Shown here one piece after another: positions 9,732-20,574 of a stretch of 64,000 nt of DNA (position 1 is its first letter; every line of letters begins with the position of its first letter). The notes beneath the pieces are model-generated. The model saw only the letters and a program-made list of their open reading frames with translations. It made no database searches and was not told where the DNA came from. Origin of the DNA: Candidatus Poribacteria bacterium (GTDB taxonomy: Bacteria; Poribacteria; WGA-4E; WGA-3G); the NCBI GenBank assembly GCA_965215265.1, contig OZ244048.1, positions 3,424,001 through 3,488,000 of the forward strand, written 5' to 3'. Both the position numbers and the translations under genes were made by a program.

Positions 9732-10178
9732 TCAAAGCGGTTTGTCGGTGCATTGGGATGCTGCGCCTTCTGGAAGCGGTGGTGCATCAACGCCTGCTTT
9801 CGGGAGTGTGCCTGTTAATTCTTGTTTCCAATGTGCGACATCTCCTGCTGGCCCATAACAGTAGACCATCTGCATGGGTGTATCACTAGTGTTCGTTAAC
9901 TGGTGAAAAACCCACGAGGGAATAAAGACGGTCTGACCGGTGGATACCGTTTGTTTCTCTTCGCCCAGGCACATTTCCCCTTTCCCTTGAACGATGAAGT
10001 AGATTTCTTCCTGTTCGTGGTTATGCCAAGGGACTTGTCCGCCGTTTGGGTATAAGGTTACGAACCCCATACAGAAGTTCTCTATCTGAATTGGAGAAGC
10101 CCCTCCGACGAGGTTTTTGGTTGTGCGGCGGGCGGGATAACTGCGTCCGTCGATGTTGTTTACATCTGCAATGAGCAT
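9732..10178 (-). CDS. Cupin domain protein
   Basis: PWHNHEQEEIYFIVQG...FIPSWVFH cupin motifs; AAAGGA before ATG 10178. Confidence 0.85.
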   Translation of the reverse strand: MLIADVNNIDGRSYPARRTTKNLVGGASPIQIENFCMGFVTLYPNGGQVPWHNHEQEEIYFIVQGKGEMCLGEEKQTVSTGQTVFIPSWVFHQLTNTSDTPMQMVYCYGPAGDVAHWKQELTGTLPKAGVDAPPLPEGAASQCTDKPL

Positions 10179-10507
10179 TATGTGTTGTCCTTTGTAGGTG
10201 TGAGCTCTGTATCGCGATTCCGCTCTATTCAAAAAGTTCTGTTACTAGATATGAAACCGTTCGATAACACTCTCCAATGTAAGCGGCGTGATATCTGTTT
10301 CCGAACGATAGGCTGTCACTGTTGCAGTGCGTTTATCAAGCGTGTTTTTGATAATGTATCACAAAATTCTGATGAAAATACTCAAGGACTCGATATTGAA
10401 AATTCTAATCTAATATTTTTGCTCTCCTTCGGTGCTGATTTATGTTGGTGGCGCGCTTCATGAATTATTTTTTAGTTTTCATCAAAGCGCGCTTACCGCG
10501 CTGCATT

Positions 10508-13144
10508 TTAAGATTCTGAGTCCTCAATGACAGCCTGCGCTGCTGCTAGGCGTGCGATCGGTACACGGAACGGTGAACAGGATACGTAATTAAACGCTAG
10601 GCTGTGGCAAAATTTCACGGAATTCGGTTCGCCGCCGTGTTCACCACAGATGCCCACCTTCAATTCGGGCCGTGTCGTACGCCCTTTTTCACATCCAATT
10701 TTTAAGAGAGTGCCGACGCCATCTTGATCTAGTACTTGGAACGGGTCGTGCTCAAGGATGCCGTCTGCGACGTACTGCCCGAGGAACTTTTCAGCATCGT
10801 CTCGGCTCATCCCGAACGTTGTCTGCGTAAGATCATTGGTTCCGTAAGAGAAAAACTCCGCTTGTGCAGCGATTTTGTCGGCTGTGAGTGCAGCCCGAGG
10901 CAGCTCAATCATGGTGCCGACGAGGTACTCGACGCGTGTGCCTGATTCAGTAAAGACAGTTTCAGCTGTTTCAAGGACGACTTCGCGCTGTAAATTAAAT
11001 TCGTTGATATGTCCGACAAGCGGAATCATGATTTCCGGGAGTACCTCAATCCCGCGCTGTTTGACATCAACGGCTGCCTCAAAGATTGCACGTGCCTGCA
11101 TTTCAGTTATCTCTGGATACATAATACCGAGCCGGCATCCGCGATGTCCAAGCATCGGGTTGAATTCATGCAAGTCCTCGACGCGTTCACTGAGTTTCTG
11201 AGGCGGGACATCGAGGCGTGCGGCGAGTTCCTCTATTTCGGTGTTATTCTTCGGCAAAAATTCGTGCAGCGGCGGGTCAAGGGTCCGAATAGTGACGGGG
11301 TATCCTGCCATTGCTTCAAAGATACCGATGAAGTCTGAGCGTTGGTGTGGAAGGAGTTTCGCCAGTGCTTGTTCGCGTTCTTCAGTATCGTCGGCGAGAA
11401 TCATTTCTCTTACTGCATCAATACCGGTTCCAAAGAACATATGTTCGGTTCTGCAAAGGCCGATGCCTTCAGCGCCAAATTGCCGTGCGTTTTGGGCATC
11501 TTCTGGTGTATCTGCATTGGTGCGGACGTTCAGTGAGCGAAGTTCATCTGCCCATTCCATGAGTGTGCCGAATTGTCCACTCAGTTCAGGTTGTATGAGT
11601 TGGACTTCTCCATCGAGGACATCGCCTGTGGAGCCGTTGAGGGTGATAAAATCGCCTTCGACGTATTGCTTTCCACCGACGTAAAATTCTAAAGTTTCCT
11701 CATTAATGAAGAGAGCGCTACATCCGGCGACACAGCATTTTCCCATTCCTCGTGCGACAACGGCTGCATGGCTTGTCATACCGCCGCGTGCGGTGAGAAT
11801 ACCTTCGGCAGCATCCATTCCGCCAATATCTTCAGGCGAGGTTTCAGTTCGAACCAGAATGACTTTCTCGCCATCGGAGGCGAGCTCTTCGGCACGAATT
11901 GCTGTGAAAACGACTTTACCGACTGCTGCGCCTGGTGAGGCTGGTAGGCCTTGGGCGATAATTTCTACATTTGCACTCGGATCGACTCGCGGATGTAGCA
12001 GCTGGTCCAAGTCCCCTGCAGGGACGCGGGTCAAGGCCGTGTTTTTATCAATTAACCCTTCTTCAACCATTTCAACGGCGATTCGGACAGCGGCCTGGCC
12101 GGTCCGTTTCCCGTTGCGAGTCTGGAGCATGAAGAGCTGCCCGTCCTGAATCGTGAATTCAACATCCTGCATATCGCGGTAGTGTTTCTCAAGCCGTTCT
12201 CCGATATCGACTAATTGTGAATAGGAATCCGGTAAGATATTCTGCAGTTCAGCGATAGGAAGTGGTGTGCGAATACCGGCGACGACATCTTCGCCTTGGG
12301 CGTTCATCAAAAATTCGCCATAAAATACGTTTGCGCCGGTGGATGGATTCCGGGTGAAGGCCACGCCGGTTCCTGAGCTGCCGCCCATATTTCCGAAGAC
12401 CATCGCTTGGACGTTAACAGCCGTGCGTCCGATTTCTTCCGAAATATCGTTGAGTCGTCGATACGTGATGGCACGCGGATTGCCAGAAGACTCAAATACG
12501 GCATCGCGTGCCATATTTAACTGTTGCCTCGGCTCATCAGGGAAATCGTTGCCGGTTCTCTGTTTGATGATGTGTTTGAATTCATCCACGAGGCTTAAAA
12601 GTGCGGCGGCATCAAGTTCCGTATCTAATGTAATTCCATTTGCTTTTTTCTTTTCTTCAAGTAAATGTTCAAACTCGTCATGCTCAACACGAAGGACGAC
12701 GTTTCCAAACATCTGAACGAAGCGGCGATAGGCATCGTACGCGAAACGCTCGTTTTTCGATTTCGCGATAAGCCCTTTTACCGTGTCATCATTCAAGCCG
12801 AGGTTGAGAATAGTATCCATCATTCCCGGCATTGAGACAGCAGCCCCGGATCTAACAGAGAGAAGCAACGGGTTTTCAGTACCGCCAAACGTTGAATTGA
12901 TTGCTCCTTCTATTTTGCGTATGTTATCGTCAATCTGAGCATCAAGTTCGGTTGGGTACTGCTTCTCATTTTCGTAGTAAAATTTGCAAACCTCGGTTGA
13001 GATAGTGAAACCGGGTGGTACTGGGATACCGAGGTTGGTCATTTCTGCGAGATTTGCTCCTTTACCACCAAGTAGGAGCCGCATAGTAGCATCGCCTTCA
13101 CCTTTACCGGCACCAAAGAAGTAAACGTACTTTGGTTTTGACAT
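10508..13144 (-). CDS. ppdK: Pyruvate, phosphate dikinase
   Basis: LLGGKGANL, SVRSGAAVSMPGMMDT, GGMTSHAAVVARG phospho-His motif, GICGEHGG; AGGAGG before ATG 13144. Confidence 0.97.
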   Translation of the reverse strand: MSKPKYVYFFGAGKGEGDATMRLLLGGKGANLAEMTNLGIPVPPGFTISTEVCKFYYENEKQYPTELDAQIDDNIRKIEGAINSTFGGTENPLLLSVRSGAAVSMPGMMDTILNLGLNDDTVKGLIAKSKNERFAYDAYRRFVQMFGNVVLRVEHDEFEHLLEEKKKANGITLDTELDAAALLSLVDEFKHIIKQRTGNDFPDEPRQQLNMARDAVFESSGNPRAITYRRLNDISEEIGRTAVNVQAMVFGNMGGSSGTGVAFTRNPSTGANVFYGEFLMNAQGEDVVAGIRTPLPIAELQNILPDSYSQLVDIGERLEKHYRDMQDVEFTIQDGQLFMLQTRNGKRTGQAAVRIAVEMVEEGLIDKNTALTRVPAGDLDQLLHPRVDPSANVEIIAQGLPASPGAAVGKVVFTAIRAEELASDGEKVILVRTETSPEDIGGMDAAEGILTARGGMTSHAAVVARGMGKCCVAGCSALFINEETLEFYVGGKQYVEGDFITLNGSTGDVLDGEVQLIQPELSGQFGTLMEWADELRSLNVRTNADTPEDAQNARQFGAEGIGLCRTEHMFFGTGIDAVREMILADDTEEREQALAKLLPHQRSDFIGIFEAMAGYPVTIRTLDPPLHEFLPKNNTEIEELAARLDVPPQKLSERVEDLHEFNPMLGHRGCRLGIMYPEITEMQARAIFEAAVDVKQRGIEVLPEIMIPLVGHINEFNLQREVVLETAETVFTESGTRVEYLVGTMIELPRAALTADKIAAQAEFFSYGTNDLTQTTFGMSRDDAEKFLGQYVADGILEHDPFQVLDQDGVGTLLKIGCEKGRTTRPELKVGICGEHGGEPNSVKFCHSLAFNYVSCSPFRVPIARLAAAQAVIEDSES

Positions 13145-13212
13145 CAAAAACCTCCTAATTTTGGGTAGATGTATCACATGTACACGGTTGAAAACCGTGG
13201 CTACTGCGTTAT

Positions 13213-13366
13213 TTCGTCTATTGGCGTACCGTCGCGCTTTATGCTTTGTGAATGACAGTGTCCAGTTCGTCAGAGCCGCTTTATGCTATGCCTAAGATAT
13301 CTCCAACGAGATTTGTAAAGGTTTTAACATTGCAGCAGCCTTTATGGTACTACAGTAGTAGACAAA
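13213..13366. repeat. Imperfect palindromic element made of two inverted degenerate ~75-bp arms
   Basis: Left arm TTCGTCTA...CGTACC...GCTTTATG...TCGTCAGAG; right arm (reverse complement) ...AAATCTCGTTGGAGATATCTTAGG. Homologous to the elements at 15560, 18362, 50052 and 50426. Confidence 0.6.
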
Positions 13367-13374
13367 AAAGTTAA

Positions 13375-14781
13375 TTAAATTGAATAAATTGCACGACTCG
13401 CTTCATCAAATTCAGGTTTAAACGGATCGTTAGAGAGGTAGAGGATTTGATACGGCTCATAAAGTTGAATGTAGCTCCAATTGACACCGCCAATTACCTT
13501 TCCTTGGTTAACCTTTTTGATAAATTTCCCCCGGAATTTGGCACGAGTTCTTTCTGGGGGATTGTGCTCTGCATGGCGAATCTGCGCTGCATCAACAATT
13601 CGTTCGATTTCCTCCCGTTCTTCGAGGGCATAGTAGAGGCTCGCCTCTGGACGTACACTGTGGTATTTCAGGTCGAGCAGCCTGACTTCAGGGGAATTCC
13701 AATGCAGAGAACGGTTCGCCAGGTATGTCTGTAGCCATTTCCATTTAATGACCCAGTCGAGTTCCCTATCTAATTGCATCGGGTCTTTTTCCAAGCAGGT
13801 TAGAACGTACTCCCAGCGTGCCATGAGTTGTTCGGTTGTCTGATCGGATTCAGCCTGTTCAAGGTACCGCTTCGCACATTCCAAATATTGCCACTGCAAT
13901 TGCACTGCGGTTAATCGTTTTCCATTTTCAAGTTCAATCTGTCGTGTGCAAGTTATATCATCGGAGATTTGTCGGATAGCTTGTACGGGTTTGAGGAGTT
14001 TAAACCGTTGCTGAATGAAGTTATCCTCAATCATGCGAAGTACTATCCCGGTTGTGCCGACCTTCAAGAAAGTGGAAAATTCAGACATGTTAGAGTCGCC
14101 AACAATAACGTGTAAGCGTCGATATTTTTCTCTATCGGCGTGAGGTTCGTCGCGTGTGTTGATAATTCCGCGTGCGGTCGTTGTGCCGATTGAAATTTCT
14201 TCACGAATATGGTCTGCTCGTTGCGAGATGGCGTATAATTCTCTATTAGGGAGTTGCCTGCCGTGTTCTGTGAATTGTCCTGCGATTTTGCCTGTCTTGA
14301 TTTTTCCTGCGCCTGTGAAGACTTGTCGCGTAACAAAAAACGGGATCAGCTGCGCTGCCAATTGCCGGAAGTGAACGTGCCGCTCCATCAAATAATTTTC
14401 GTGGCAGCCATAGGTATTGCCAGAGGTGTCTAAGTTGTTTTTAAAAATGGAAATTTTCCCACGGAATCCGTCATTCCGCATCCGCCTTTCCGCTGTGCTT
14501 GCGAGGCGTGTGATAATCCGTTCGCCGGCTTTATCGTGTGCGACCAGCTCGGCGACATCATCGCACTCCGGGGTTGCGTATTCAGGGTGGCATCCAATAT
14601 CTTGATAAAACCGTGCGCCATTTTCAAGGAAGACATCTGGATACATGCGCCCGGCGACGATTTCTCGGAAAAGATACATGACGGTATTTTGGACAGTGAG
14701 GGACTTCCCCCGCTGTTCATCGGGTGTCCATATAATTCCGAACTCCGTTTCAAGTCCGTAAATTCTACGTTTCATGGGCAA
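13375..14781 (-). CDS. pafA: Pup-protein ligase
   Basis: KRRIYGLETEFG, FLENGARFYQD.GCHPEYATPEC, NTYGCHENYL, INTRDEPHAD, RRLHVIVGDSNMSE; last gene of the operon. Confidence 0.9.
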   Translation of the reverse strand: MPMKRRIYGLETEFGIIWTPDEQRGKSLTVQNTVMYLFREIVAGRMYPDVFLENGARFYQDIGCHPEYATPECDDVAELVAHDKAGERIITRLASTAERRMRNDGFRGKISIFKNNLDTSGNTYGCHENYLMERHVHFRQLAAQLIPFFVTRQVFTGAGKIKTGKIAGQFTEHGRQLPNRELYAISQRADHIREEISIGTTTARGIINTRDEPHADREKYRRLHVIVGDSNMSEFSTFLKVGTTGIVLRMIEDNFIQQRFKLLKPVQAIRQISDDITCTRQIELENGKRLTAVQLQWQYLECAKRYLEQAESDQTTEQLMARWEYVLTCLEKDPMQLDRELDWVIKWKWLQTYLANRSLHWNSPEVRLLDLKYHSVRPEASLYYALEEREEIERIVDAAQIRHAEHNPPERTRAKFRGKFIKKVNQGKVIGGVNWSYIQLYEPYQILYLSNDPFKPEFDEASRAIYSI

Positions 14782-14808
14782 CTTTTCTCCAAATTACGAG
14801 GTCTGTTT

Positions 14809-15534
14809 TCAGGAAGCGTTTAATAATTCCACGACCTCTGTGGTAGAGAGACGTTGGAATTTGCGTCGCCCTGGACCCCGGACGAGGGACGCTACCTCAA
14901 TTGTGTCGGCGGAGATTTCATAATCTGAGTCAGTTTGAGTTTCGATTGCTTGAAAAGTCTGGTTTATGAGTTGGAGTGCTGCCGCCATCTCTAGATTGTC
15001 AACGTAGTTTTGTTCCAGAATTTCTGTGATTTCTGCGGCGCGCCCGCCAATAGCAGCGTATTTTTCCTCTTCCCAATAAATGCCATCATAGTGAATATGG
15101 TAAATCTGATTCGCGTAGCTGCCATTGCTGTTTGAGTTATCCGTGCTGCCTACCTCACAAACGAGAAGTTCAATTTCCAAGGGTTTTGCATCCCAGGCTT
15201 GCGCGACTGCGCCCATGTGTTGTGAATAGAGGTTTGTCAGCCATTTTGCGGTAACATCTTCGCGGTAGTAGCGGAAGCCTTTAATTTCCGCTTCGCGGAT
15301 ACCCGCGACGCGGAGTGCCTCATATTCAGCGATGCGCCCGGCCGATGCGAGTGCAATCCGATCATAAATTTCAGAAATCTTAAAGATAGATTTGCGAGGG
15401 TTTTCTGCTACCATCAGCAGTCCGTCTCGGTACTCTAAAACGACAACCTCTTTCGCTTGTTCAATGCCTCGCCGGACGAAATCCTCTTTGTCTTGACGGA
15501 TCTGTTCAGGGGAAACATAATAAGGTGTGGACAT
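14809..15534 (-). CDS. prcA: 20S proteasome alpha subunit
   Basis: PYYVSPEQ N-terminus and KISEIYDRIA, as in actinobacterial-type PrcA. Confidence 0.92.
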   Translation of the reverse strand: MSTPYYVSPEQIRQDKEDFVRRGIEQAKEVVVLEYRDGLLMVAENPRKSIFKISEIYDRIALASAGRIAEYEALRVAGIREAEIKGFRYYREDVTAKWLTNLYSQHMGAVAQAWDAKPLEIELLVCEVGSTDNSNSNGSYANQIYHIHYDGIYWEEEKYAAIGGRAAEITEILEQNYVDNLEMAAALQLINQTFQAIETQTDSDYEISADTIEVASLVRGPGRRKFQRLSTTEVVELLNAS

Positions 15535-15559
15535 TCAATTCCTCTTCACGTTTTGATTA

Positions 15560-15719
15560 TTCGTCTACAGGAGCCCATTACCGCTTTATGTTTTGATAAC
15601 CTTAGCACAAATCTCGTCAGAGCCCTTCGATGTATTGATTCATTACCTAAGGAGCCTCCGACGAGAGCTACACAGTGATTACCAATACATAACGCATTGA
15701 TGGTACGGAGATATACGAA
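15560..15719. repeat. Imperfect palindromic element (two inverted arms) between prcB and prcA
   Basis: The right arm reverse complement TTCGTATATCTCCGTACCATCAA...CTCGTCGGAGG..CTTAGGTA matches 50426-50503. Confidence 0.7.
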
Positions 15720-15723
15720 TTAC

Positions 15724-16569
15724 CTAATTCAATGTTTCCAGACGAGAGATTAACGCCTGATACAAGGTTTCAACGGTTTCATCAGGTATTTCGGAGACTC
15801 CTGCTTCCGTAATGATGCTGACGGTTGGAAAAATTTTCCGGATGAGATCTGGTCCTCCCGTAGCAATGTCTTCATCGGCGGCATCCCAAAGTGCTTCAGC
15901 AACTATTTGAAGTGCGGTTTCTTGGGGCATCCCGGGCCGGTAAAGTTTCTTAAGTGTTGCCCGGGCATCCTTACCGCCGGAACCGATGGCGTAAAACTCG
16001 CTTTCCTCGTAACGTCCGCCGATTGCGTCATATTTAAAAATTCGTCCGCGCTGCTGCTTCAAATCGTACCCTGTAAAGAGTGGCAAAACGATTAAGCCTT
16101 GCATAGCGAGACTCAAATTTGAACGGACGAGGTGTGATAGGAAATTTGCCTGGCCATCCAGACTGAGACTGATGCCTTCGGTTTTTTCGTAGAATTCGAC
16201 TTCAACTTGGAAAAGTTTCGCCATCTCAATGCAGGGTGCGGCGGCACCTGCGACAGCGATGGCAGCGTGCCGGTCAATTTGATAAACCTTTTGAATTCTG
16301 CGTTCGCCAACCTGATAGCCTTCAGTTGCTTGCCGGTCACCTGCGATAACGACACCTGTGTTATAGACAACAGCTAGGACCGTTGTCCCTTCGTACCAGG
16401 GGGGCGTTTCGCCAGGGTGCGGTGGCATAGCGGTATTGGCTCCGGTGGTTCTCTTGGAATGTGCCTGCGTTTCAGGCGTATGCCCAGTTAAATGCGTTAG
16501 CAATTCCGGGTGCCGCCGTTTCAAAATTTGGAAGAAACCGGACGTACCGTAATCACCAAGGTCGAGCAA
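15724..16569 (-). CDS. prcB: 20S proteasome beta subunit
   Basis: Propeptide then G|TTVLA catalytic Thr, AGDRQAT, IGSGG, DAADEDIATGG. Confidence 0.93.
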   Translation of the reverse strand: MLDLGDYGTSGFFQILKRRHPELLTHLTGHTPETQAHSKRTTGANTAMPPHPGETPPWYEGTTVLAVVYNTGVVIAGDRQATEGYQVGERRIQKVYQIDRHAAIAVAGAAAPCIEMAKLFQVEVEFYEKTEGISLSLDGQANFLSHLVRSNLSLAMQGLIVLPLFTGYDLKQQRGRIFKYDAIGGRYEESEFYAIGSGGKDARATLKKLYRPGMPQETALQIVAEALWDAADEDIATGGPDLIRKIFPTVSIITEAGVSEIPDETVETLYQALISRLETLN

Positions 16570-16571
16570 TT

Positions 16572-16769
16572 CTACTGCCCTCCCCGTTGGATATAGTTTT
16601 CAACAAATTCCTCGGAGTCTTCTTCCAAAATCTCGTCAATTTCGTCCAGAAGTGCGTTTAAATCTTCGGCGAATTCCTCGTCCAGCTCCTGATTTTCAGG
16701 GATATGTTGGATGTCCTTGGTGTCATCCACGTGTTGCTCATTGAGTTCCTGCTGTTTTTCGACTGACAT
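16572..16769 (-). CDS. pup: Prokaryotic ubiquitin-like protein Pup
   Basis: 65 aa, acidic, ends LLDEIDEILEEDSEEFVENYIQRGGQ; lies between dop and prcB. Confidence 0.93.
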   Translation of the reverse strand: MSVEKQQELNEQHVDDTKDIQHIPENQELDEEFAEDLNALLDEIDEILEEDSEEFVENYIQRGGQ

Positions 16770-16836
16770 TGTATTCCCCTTAGTTTAAATAGGCGCGTAA
16801 TGTCCGCGCACAGCGTGTTAAATTCTACTCTATAGA

Positions 16837-18318
16837 CTATTTTGAGGCAGTTTCTTTGATTTTCTTAACAAGTTCTTCTGCTGTACAGGTATGCAGCAGC
16901 TCGCCGACAATCTCTTGTGTGCCGAAGTGCGGACGTTCCATCATGATTTTGTCAAACCCTTTTTCGGCTTTAAAAACCAAGGAATTCCAACTGGCACTGT
17001 GAATGTGATTCGGGAATTTTCGCAAACAGGTGCCGCGAAAGTACGCCCGAGTATCTATAGGTGGATAATGCATTGCCTGAACGGTTTCCTCTGGTGTAAG
17101 TAACCGTTTGACATGCCCATTTTTAAGTAACCTGAGATAAAGTCCTTTATCTGGACGAATGTCATGATACTGCAAGTCCAACATCTGTACCTGTGCGTCT
17201 GTCCATTTGAATCCGTGTCGGTTTTTATATGCGTCAATTAGTTTCTTTTTTATAATCCAGTCAAGATATTGGCTGAGCCGGTTCGGATTGATTTCTAAGC
17301 CATCCAGTACATAGGCCCATTTTTCGAGAACATCTTGGACAACAGGGGTGCGTTCTTCTATTGAGAGATGTGCCTGTGCCAGTTCAAGGTAGGCACGTTG
17401 TATTTCAATGGGGTTCCGTTCCTGTCCATCCATCAGTTGAATTGGGTTTTTACAGGATAAATCGCGCGAGATGCTTTTTATAGCGGCGACCGGATCCTTT
17501 AACCTGAACTGCTCTCCGACAACGCCTTTCTCTATTAACTGTAAGACGATAGCAGTCATTCCTATCTTCAAGTAAATGCTGAATTCGGACATGTTGGCAT
17601 CGCCAACGATGACGTGCAACCGGCGATAGAGTTTTTCATCGGCATGCGGTTCATCACGTGTGTTAATCAACGGCCGGTCCATCATGGTTCCGAGTCCGAC
17701 CTCTTTTTCAAAGAAATCGGCGCGTTGCGACAGTTGGTATTCTGTTTGAGTTGTCCCATTTTCAGCACCGACTTTGCCGCTCCCAGTAATGATGATGCGT
17801 GTAACGAGGAAAGGCGTGAGGCCATTCACGATGGCATCAAAGGGCAGCTGGCGCGACATAAGATAGTTTTCATGGTACCCGTAACTATGCCCTTTGTAAT
17901 CTGTATTATTTTTGTAGATGATAATTTCTTGGTTGTCTAATAAAAGCTGCTCGGCTGCAGCCCGGCTGACTTCCAAAATTAATTCGCCTGCCTTTTCGTA
18001 TTGCAGCAAAGTCCGTGCATTTGTACATTCCGGGGTGCAGTACTCCGGGTGCGCGTGATCGACGTAGTAACGTCCTCCGTTTACTAAAATGTCGTTGATA
18101 GCATTGTCATTTAAGTGGTTACTTTCTGCTTCCACCATAAACCCGCGTGCATCCATCAATGGTTGTTCTTGTTCATAATCCCAGGTGGCGGTTCTGACAC
18201 TTCCGGTTTTATAGGCGTTGACAACCAAAGTTGAAGCGGCAACTGGGTCTTGTTCTCGTGCGTTTTTAACCGAGATACCGTACTCGGTCTCTGTTCCGAT
18301 GATCGTTGGTATGTCCAT
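16837..18318 (-). CDS. dop: Pup deamidase/depupylase
   Basis: IIGTETEYGI, Dop-type WDYEQEQPLMDARGF loop, NGGRYYVDHAHPEYCTPEC, TRAYFRG. Confidence 0.9.
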   Translation of the reverse strand: MDIPTIIGTETEYGISVKNAREQDPVAASTLVVNAYKTGSVRTATWDYEQEQPLMDARGFMVEAESNHLNDNAINDILVNGGRYYVDHAHPEYCTPECTNARTLLQYEKAGELILEVSRAAAEQLLLDNQEIIIYKNNTDYKGHSYGYHENYLMSRQLPFDAIVNGLTPFLVTRIIITGSGKVGAENGTTQTEYQLSQRADFFEKEVGLGTMMDRPLINTRDEPHADEKLYRRLHVIVGDANMSEFSIYLKIGMTAIVLQLIEKGVVGEQFRLKDPVAAIKSISRDLSCKNPIQLMDGQERNPIEIQRAYLELAQAHLSIEERTPVVQDVLEKWAYVLDGLEINPNRLSQYLDWIIKKKLIDAYKNRHGFKWTDAQVQMLDLQYHDIRPDKGLYLRLLKNGHVKRLLTPEETVQAMHYPPIDTRAYFRGTCLRKFPNHIHSASWNSLVFKAEKGFDKIMMERPHFGTQEIVGELLHTCTAEELVKKIKETASK

Positions 18319-18361
18319 AATGAGTAAGCGTGCTTTGGATGCCCGCTAAATCTATTCCGTT

Positions 18362-18487
18362 TTCGTATATCTCCGTACCATCAACGTCTATGTTTTGATA
18401 ATTCGTGTTTTTGTATATCTCCGTACCATCAACGCTTATGTCGTGGGTACTCGTGTGTAAATCTCCTCTGAGCCATTCTAGGTTATG
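18362..18487. repeat. Two tandem copies of the dispersed repeat arm
   Basis: GTATATCTCCGTACCATCAACG at 18365 and 18413 (48-nt period); the second copy continues ...ACTCGTGTGTAAATCTC as at 50426. Confidence 0.8.
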
Positions 18488-18526
18488 ATTCCTCAGAGGG
18501 AACTCTCGGAACTGTGCCTTTCTGTG

Positions 18527-20353
18527 TTATAAGAACGTCCCGCCTCGCGTGACTCGAACATCCTGCTTTCTCTCGCGTGCGGGTTCATTCATCAAGGCAC
18601 GGATATTGACTATTTTCTCGCCCTTTCGGCCTGAAATCTTTGCCCAGTCATCCGGATTCGTGGTATTGGGCAGATCTTCATTCTCGCGGTACTCTTCCCG
18701 GATAGCACTTTTCATATCGGCGATTGACAACCCTTTTTCTTCTCTATCTGAGCTGATAAAGCGTTTAATCGCTGCTTTTTTGGCGCGTGAGACAATGTTT
18801 TCAATCATTGCTCCACTGACAAAATCCTTGAAAAAGAGCGTTTCTCGCTCGCCGCGTGCGTAAGTTACCTCAATAAACCTATTTTCATCAGTGCTCGCGT
18901 ACATTTCATCGGCTGTCTCCTCAATGAAATGCTGTGTGAGTTGCTCCATATCTCCATTAAACCGTTCGATTTCGTCTTTGGCGAATGGAAGTTCAGGCGT
19001 GAGATATATAGCGAAAATATCTTTTGCTCCTTCAAGCGTGGGCCGGTCAATTTTAATTTTAATATCCAGGCGTCCCGGGCGCAACACGGCCGGATCGAGT
19101 AGGTCTTGGCGGTTGCTTGCCCCGATAACAATGACATCGTGTAGGTTTTCTACACCGTCAATTTCGGAGAGGAACTGCGGTACCAAGGTTGATTCCATAT
19201 CGGAAGAGATTCCGGTGCCTCTGGATCGAAATAGCGACTCCATTTCATCAAAGAAGATAATAACCGGGAAACCTTCTCTAGATTTTTCGCGTGCTTTTTG
19301 AAAAACTTCTCTGATTTTGCGCTCGGTTTCACCGACGTACTTATTAAGGAGTTCCGGGCCCTTGATGTTAATGAAATAGCTGCGCACGTCCTCCCTGCCG
19401 GTTTGTTGACGAACGCGTTCGGCTATCCCACTTGCAACTGCCCGGGCTATCAAGGTTTTTCCACAGCCTGGTGGGCCATAGAGCAGCACGCCCTTGGGTG
19501 GCTTAAGTTTGAATTCCTGATATTCTTCCTGATAGAGGTATGGCATCTCGATTGCATCGCGGATTGCTTCGATCTGTGTGTTCAGCCCGCCGATGTCTTC
19601 GTAGCCGATATCTGGAACTTCTTCAAGGAGCAGATCTTCGACCTCCCGTTTGGGGAGTTTTTCCATAACCATGCCACTGTGTGAGTCAATGAGAACGTTA
19701 TCGCCTAACTTTAAAGTCTCATCTTTGAGCGTTCCCGCGAGTCGGACGACGCGTTCTTCATCCGTGCGGAGACTTACGATGGCGCGTTCTCTAGTGATGC
19801 GTTCTTTAATTTTTACGACATCACCGTGCTGTTCAGCGGGGTTGACCCCAATGACGTTCATGCCGCTATTGACGATAACCTCTTGGCCGACTTGAATGTC
19901 TTGTGTTTTGAGTGCCGGATCCAACCGGACGCGCCACTTCCGGCCGCTGATGTCAACATCCACAGTCTTATCATCATTCCATGCGAGGAAAACCCCGTAA
20001 TTATTAGGAGGTGCGCTGAGTTCCTCAACTTTCTCCTTGAGGAATTCCAACTTTTCTTTCGCTTCTTGGAGTGTGGCTGTCAACTTCCTGTTGCGCCGGT
20101 GTGCCGCCATGAGTTCACGTGTCATTTCATAGAGACGTGCATCAGTATCTTCGGCACGGGCAACGCGTTTATGGCTCTTTAGTGCTTCGTTTTCAGTTTC
20201 AAGCCTCTCTATTGTCCATTTAAGTTCCCGAATCTGCTGTTGATACCACGCTTCTTCGGATGTTGCTTCCTCCGAATTGGGTTCTTCAACGAGTTCGTCA
20301 AGGAAAGAATCCTGGGAATTTTCGTTTCTGATCGCCATACGTGAGGTTCTCAC
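18527..20353 (-). CDS. arc: Proteasome ATPase ARC/Mpa
   Basis: N-terminal coiled coil, OB interdomains, LLEEVPDIGYEDIGGL, GPPGCGKT, IFFDEME, EDLPNTTNPDDWAKISG. Confidence 0.93.
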   Translation of the reverse strand: MRTSRMAIRNENSQDSFLDELVEEPNSEEATSEEAWYQQQIRELKWTIERLETENEALKSHKRVARAEDTDARLYEMTRELMAAHRRNRKLTATLQEAKEKLEFLKEKVEELSAPPNNYGVFLAWNDDKTVDVDISGRKWRVRLDPALKTQDIQVGQEVIVNSGMNVIGVNPAEQHGDVVKIKERITRERAIVSLRTDEERVVRLAGTLKDETLKLGDNVLIDSHSGMVMEKLPKREVEDLLLEEVPDIGYEDIGGLNTQIEAIRDAIEMPYLYQEEYQEFKLKPPKGVLLYGPPGCGKTLIARAVASGIAERVRQQTGREDVRSYFINIKGPELLNKYVGETERKIREVFQKAREKSREGFPVIIFFDEMESLFRSRGTGISSDMESTLVPQFLSEIDGVENLHDVIVIGASNRQDLLDPAVLRPGRLDIKIKIDRPTLEGAKDIFAIYLTPELPFAKDEIERFNGDMEQLTQHFIEETADEMYASTDENRFIEVTYARGERETLFFKDFVSGAMIENIVSRAKKAAIKRFISSDREEKGLSIADMKSAIREEYRENEDLPNTTNPDDWAKISGRKGEKIVNIRALMNEPARERKQDVRVTRGGTFL

Positions 20354-20435
20354 TTTCTAAAGCGACGTATGAGATTGCCTGGGCTGAAGGCTGTCTCGCT
20401 ACGTCGAAGGAATACAAATCAGTCACATTTATCAG

Positions 20436-20464
20436 AGTATAGCATGTCAAAAAAATTGTGTCAA
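20436..20464 (-). promoter_or_regulatory. Sigma70-type promoter for the arc operon
   Basis: TTGACA-17 nt-TATACT with an extended -10 TG. Confidence 0.7.
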
Positions 20465-20574
20465 GAAAAAGTATGCGACAGAGACAGCTGAGTTAGTTGT
20501 TTCTATCTCGCTTTGCTTTTCCTTCAATTTGAACCAATCAGGCATGCATACCGACACCTTTCGTGGTGGAATTG

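Noticed and set aside
16572-16769. UBact instead of Pup
   Set aside because: The C-terminus is QRGGQ with an LDEIDxxLE helix, which is the Pup pattern.
18362-18487. Possible CRISPR mini-array (22-nt repeat, 48-nt period)
   Set aside because: Only two copies, the spacers resemble each other, no cas genes, and the same sequence occurs as dispersed arms elsewhere.
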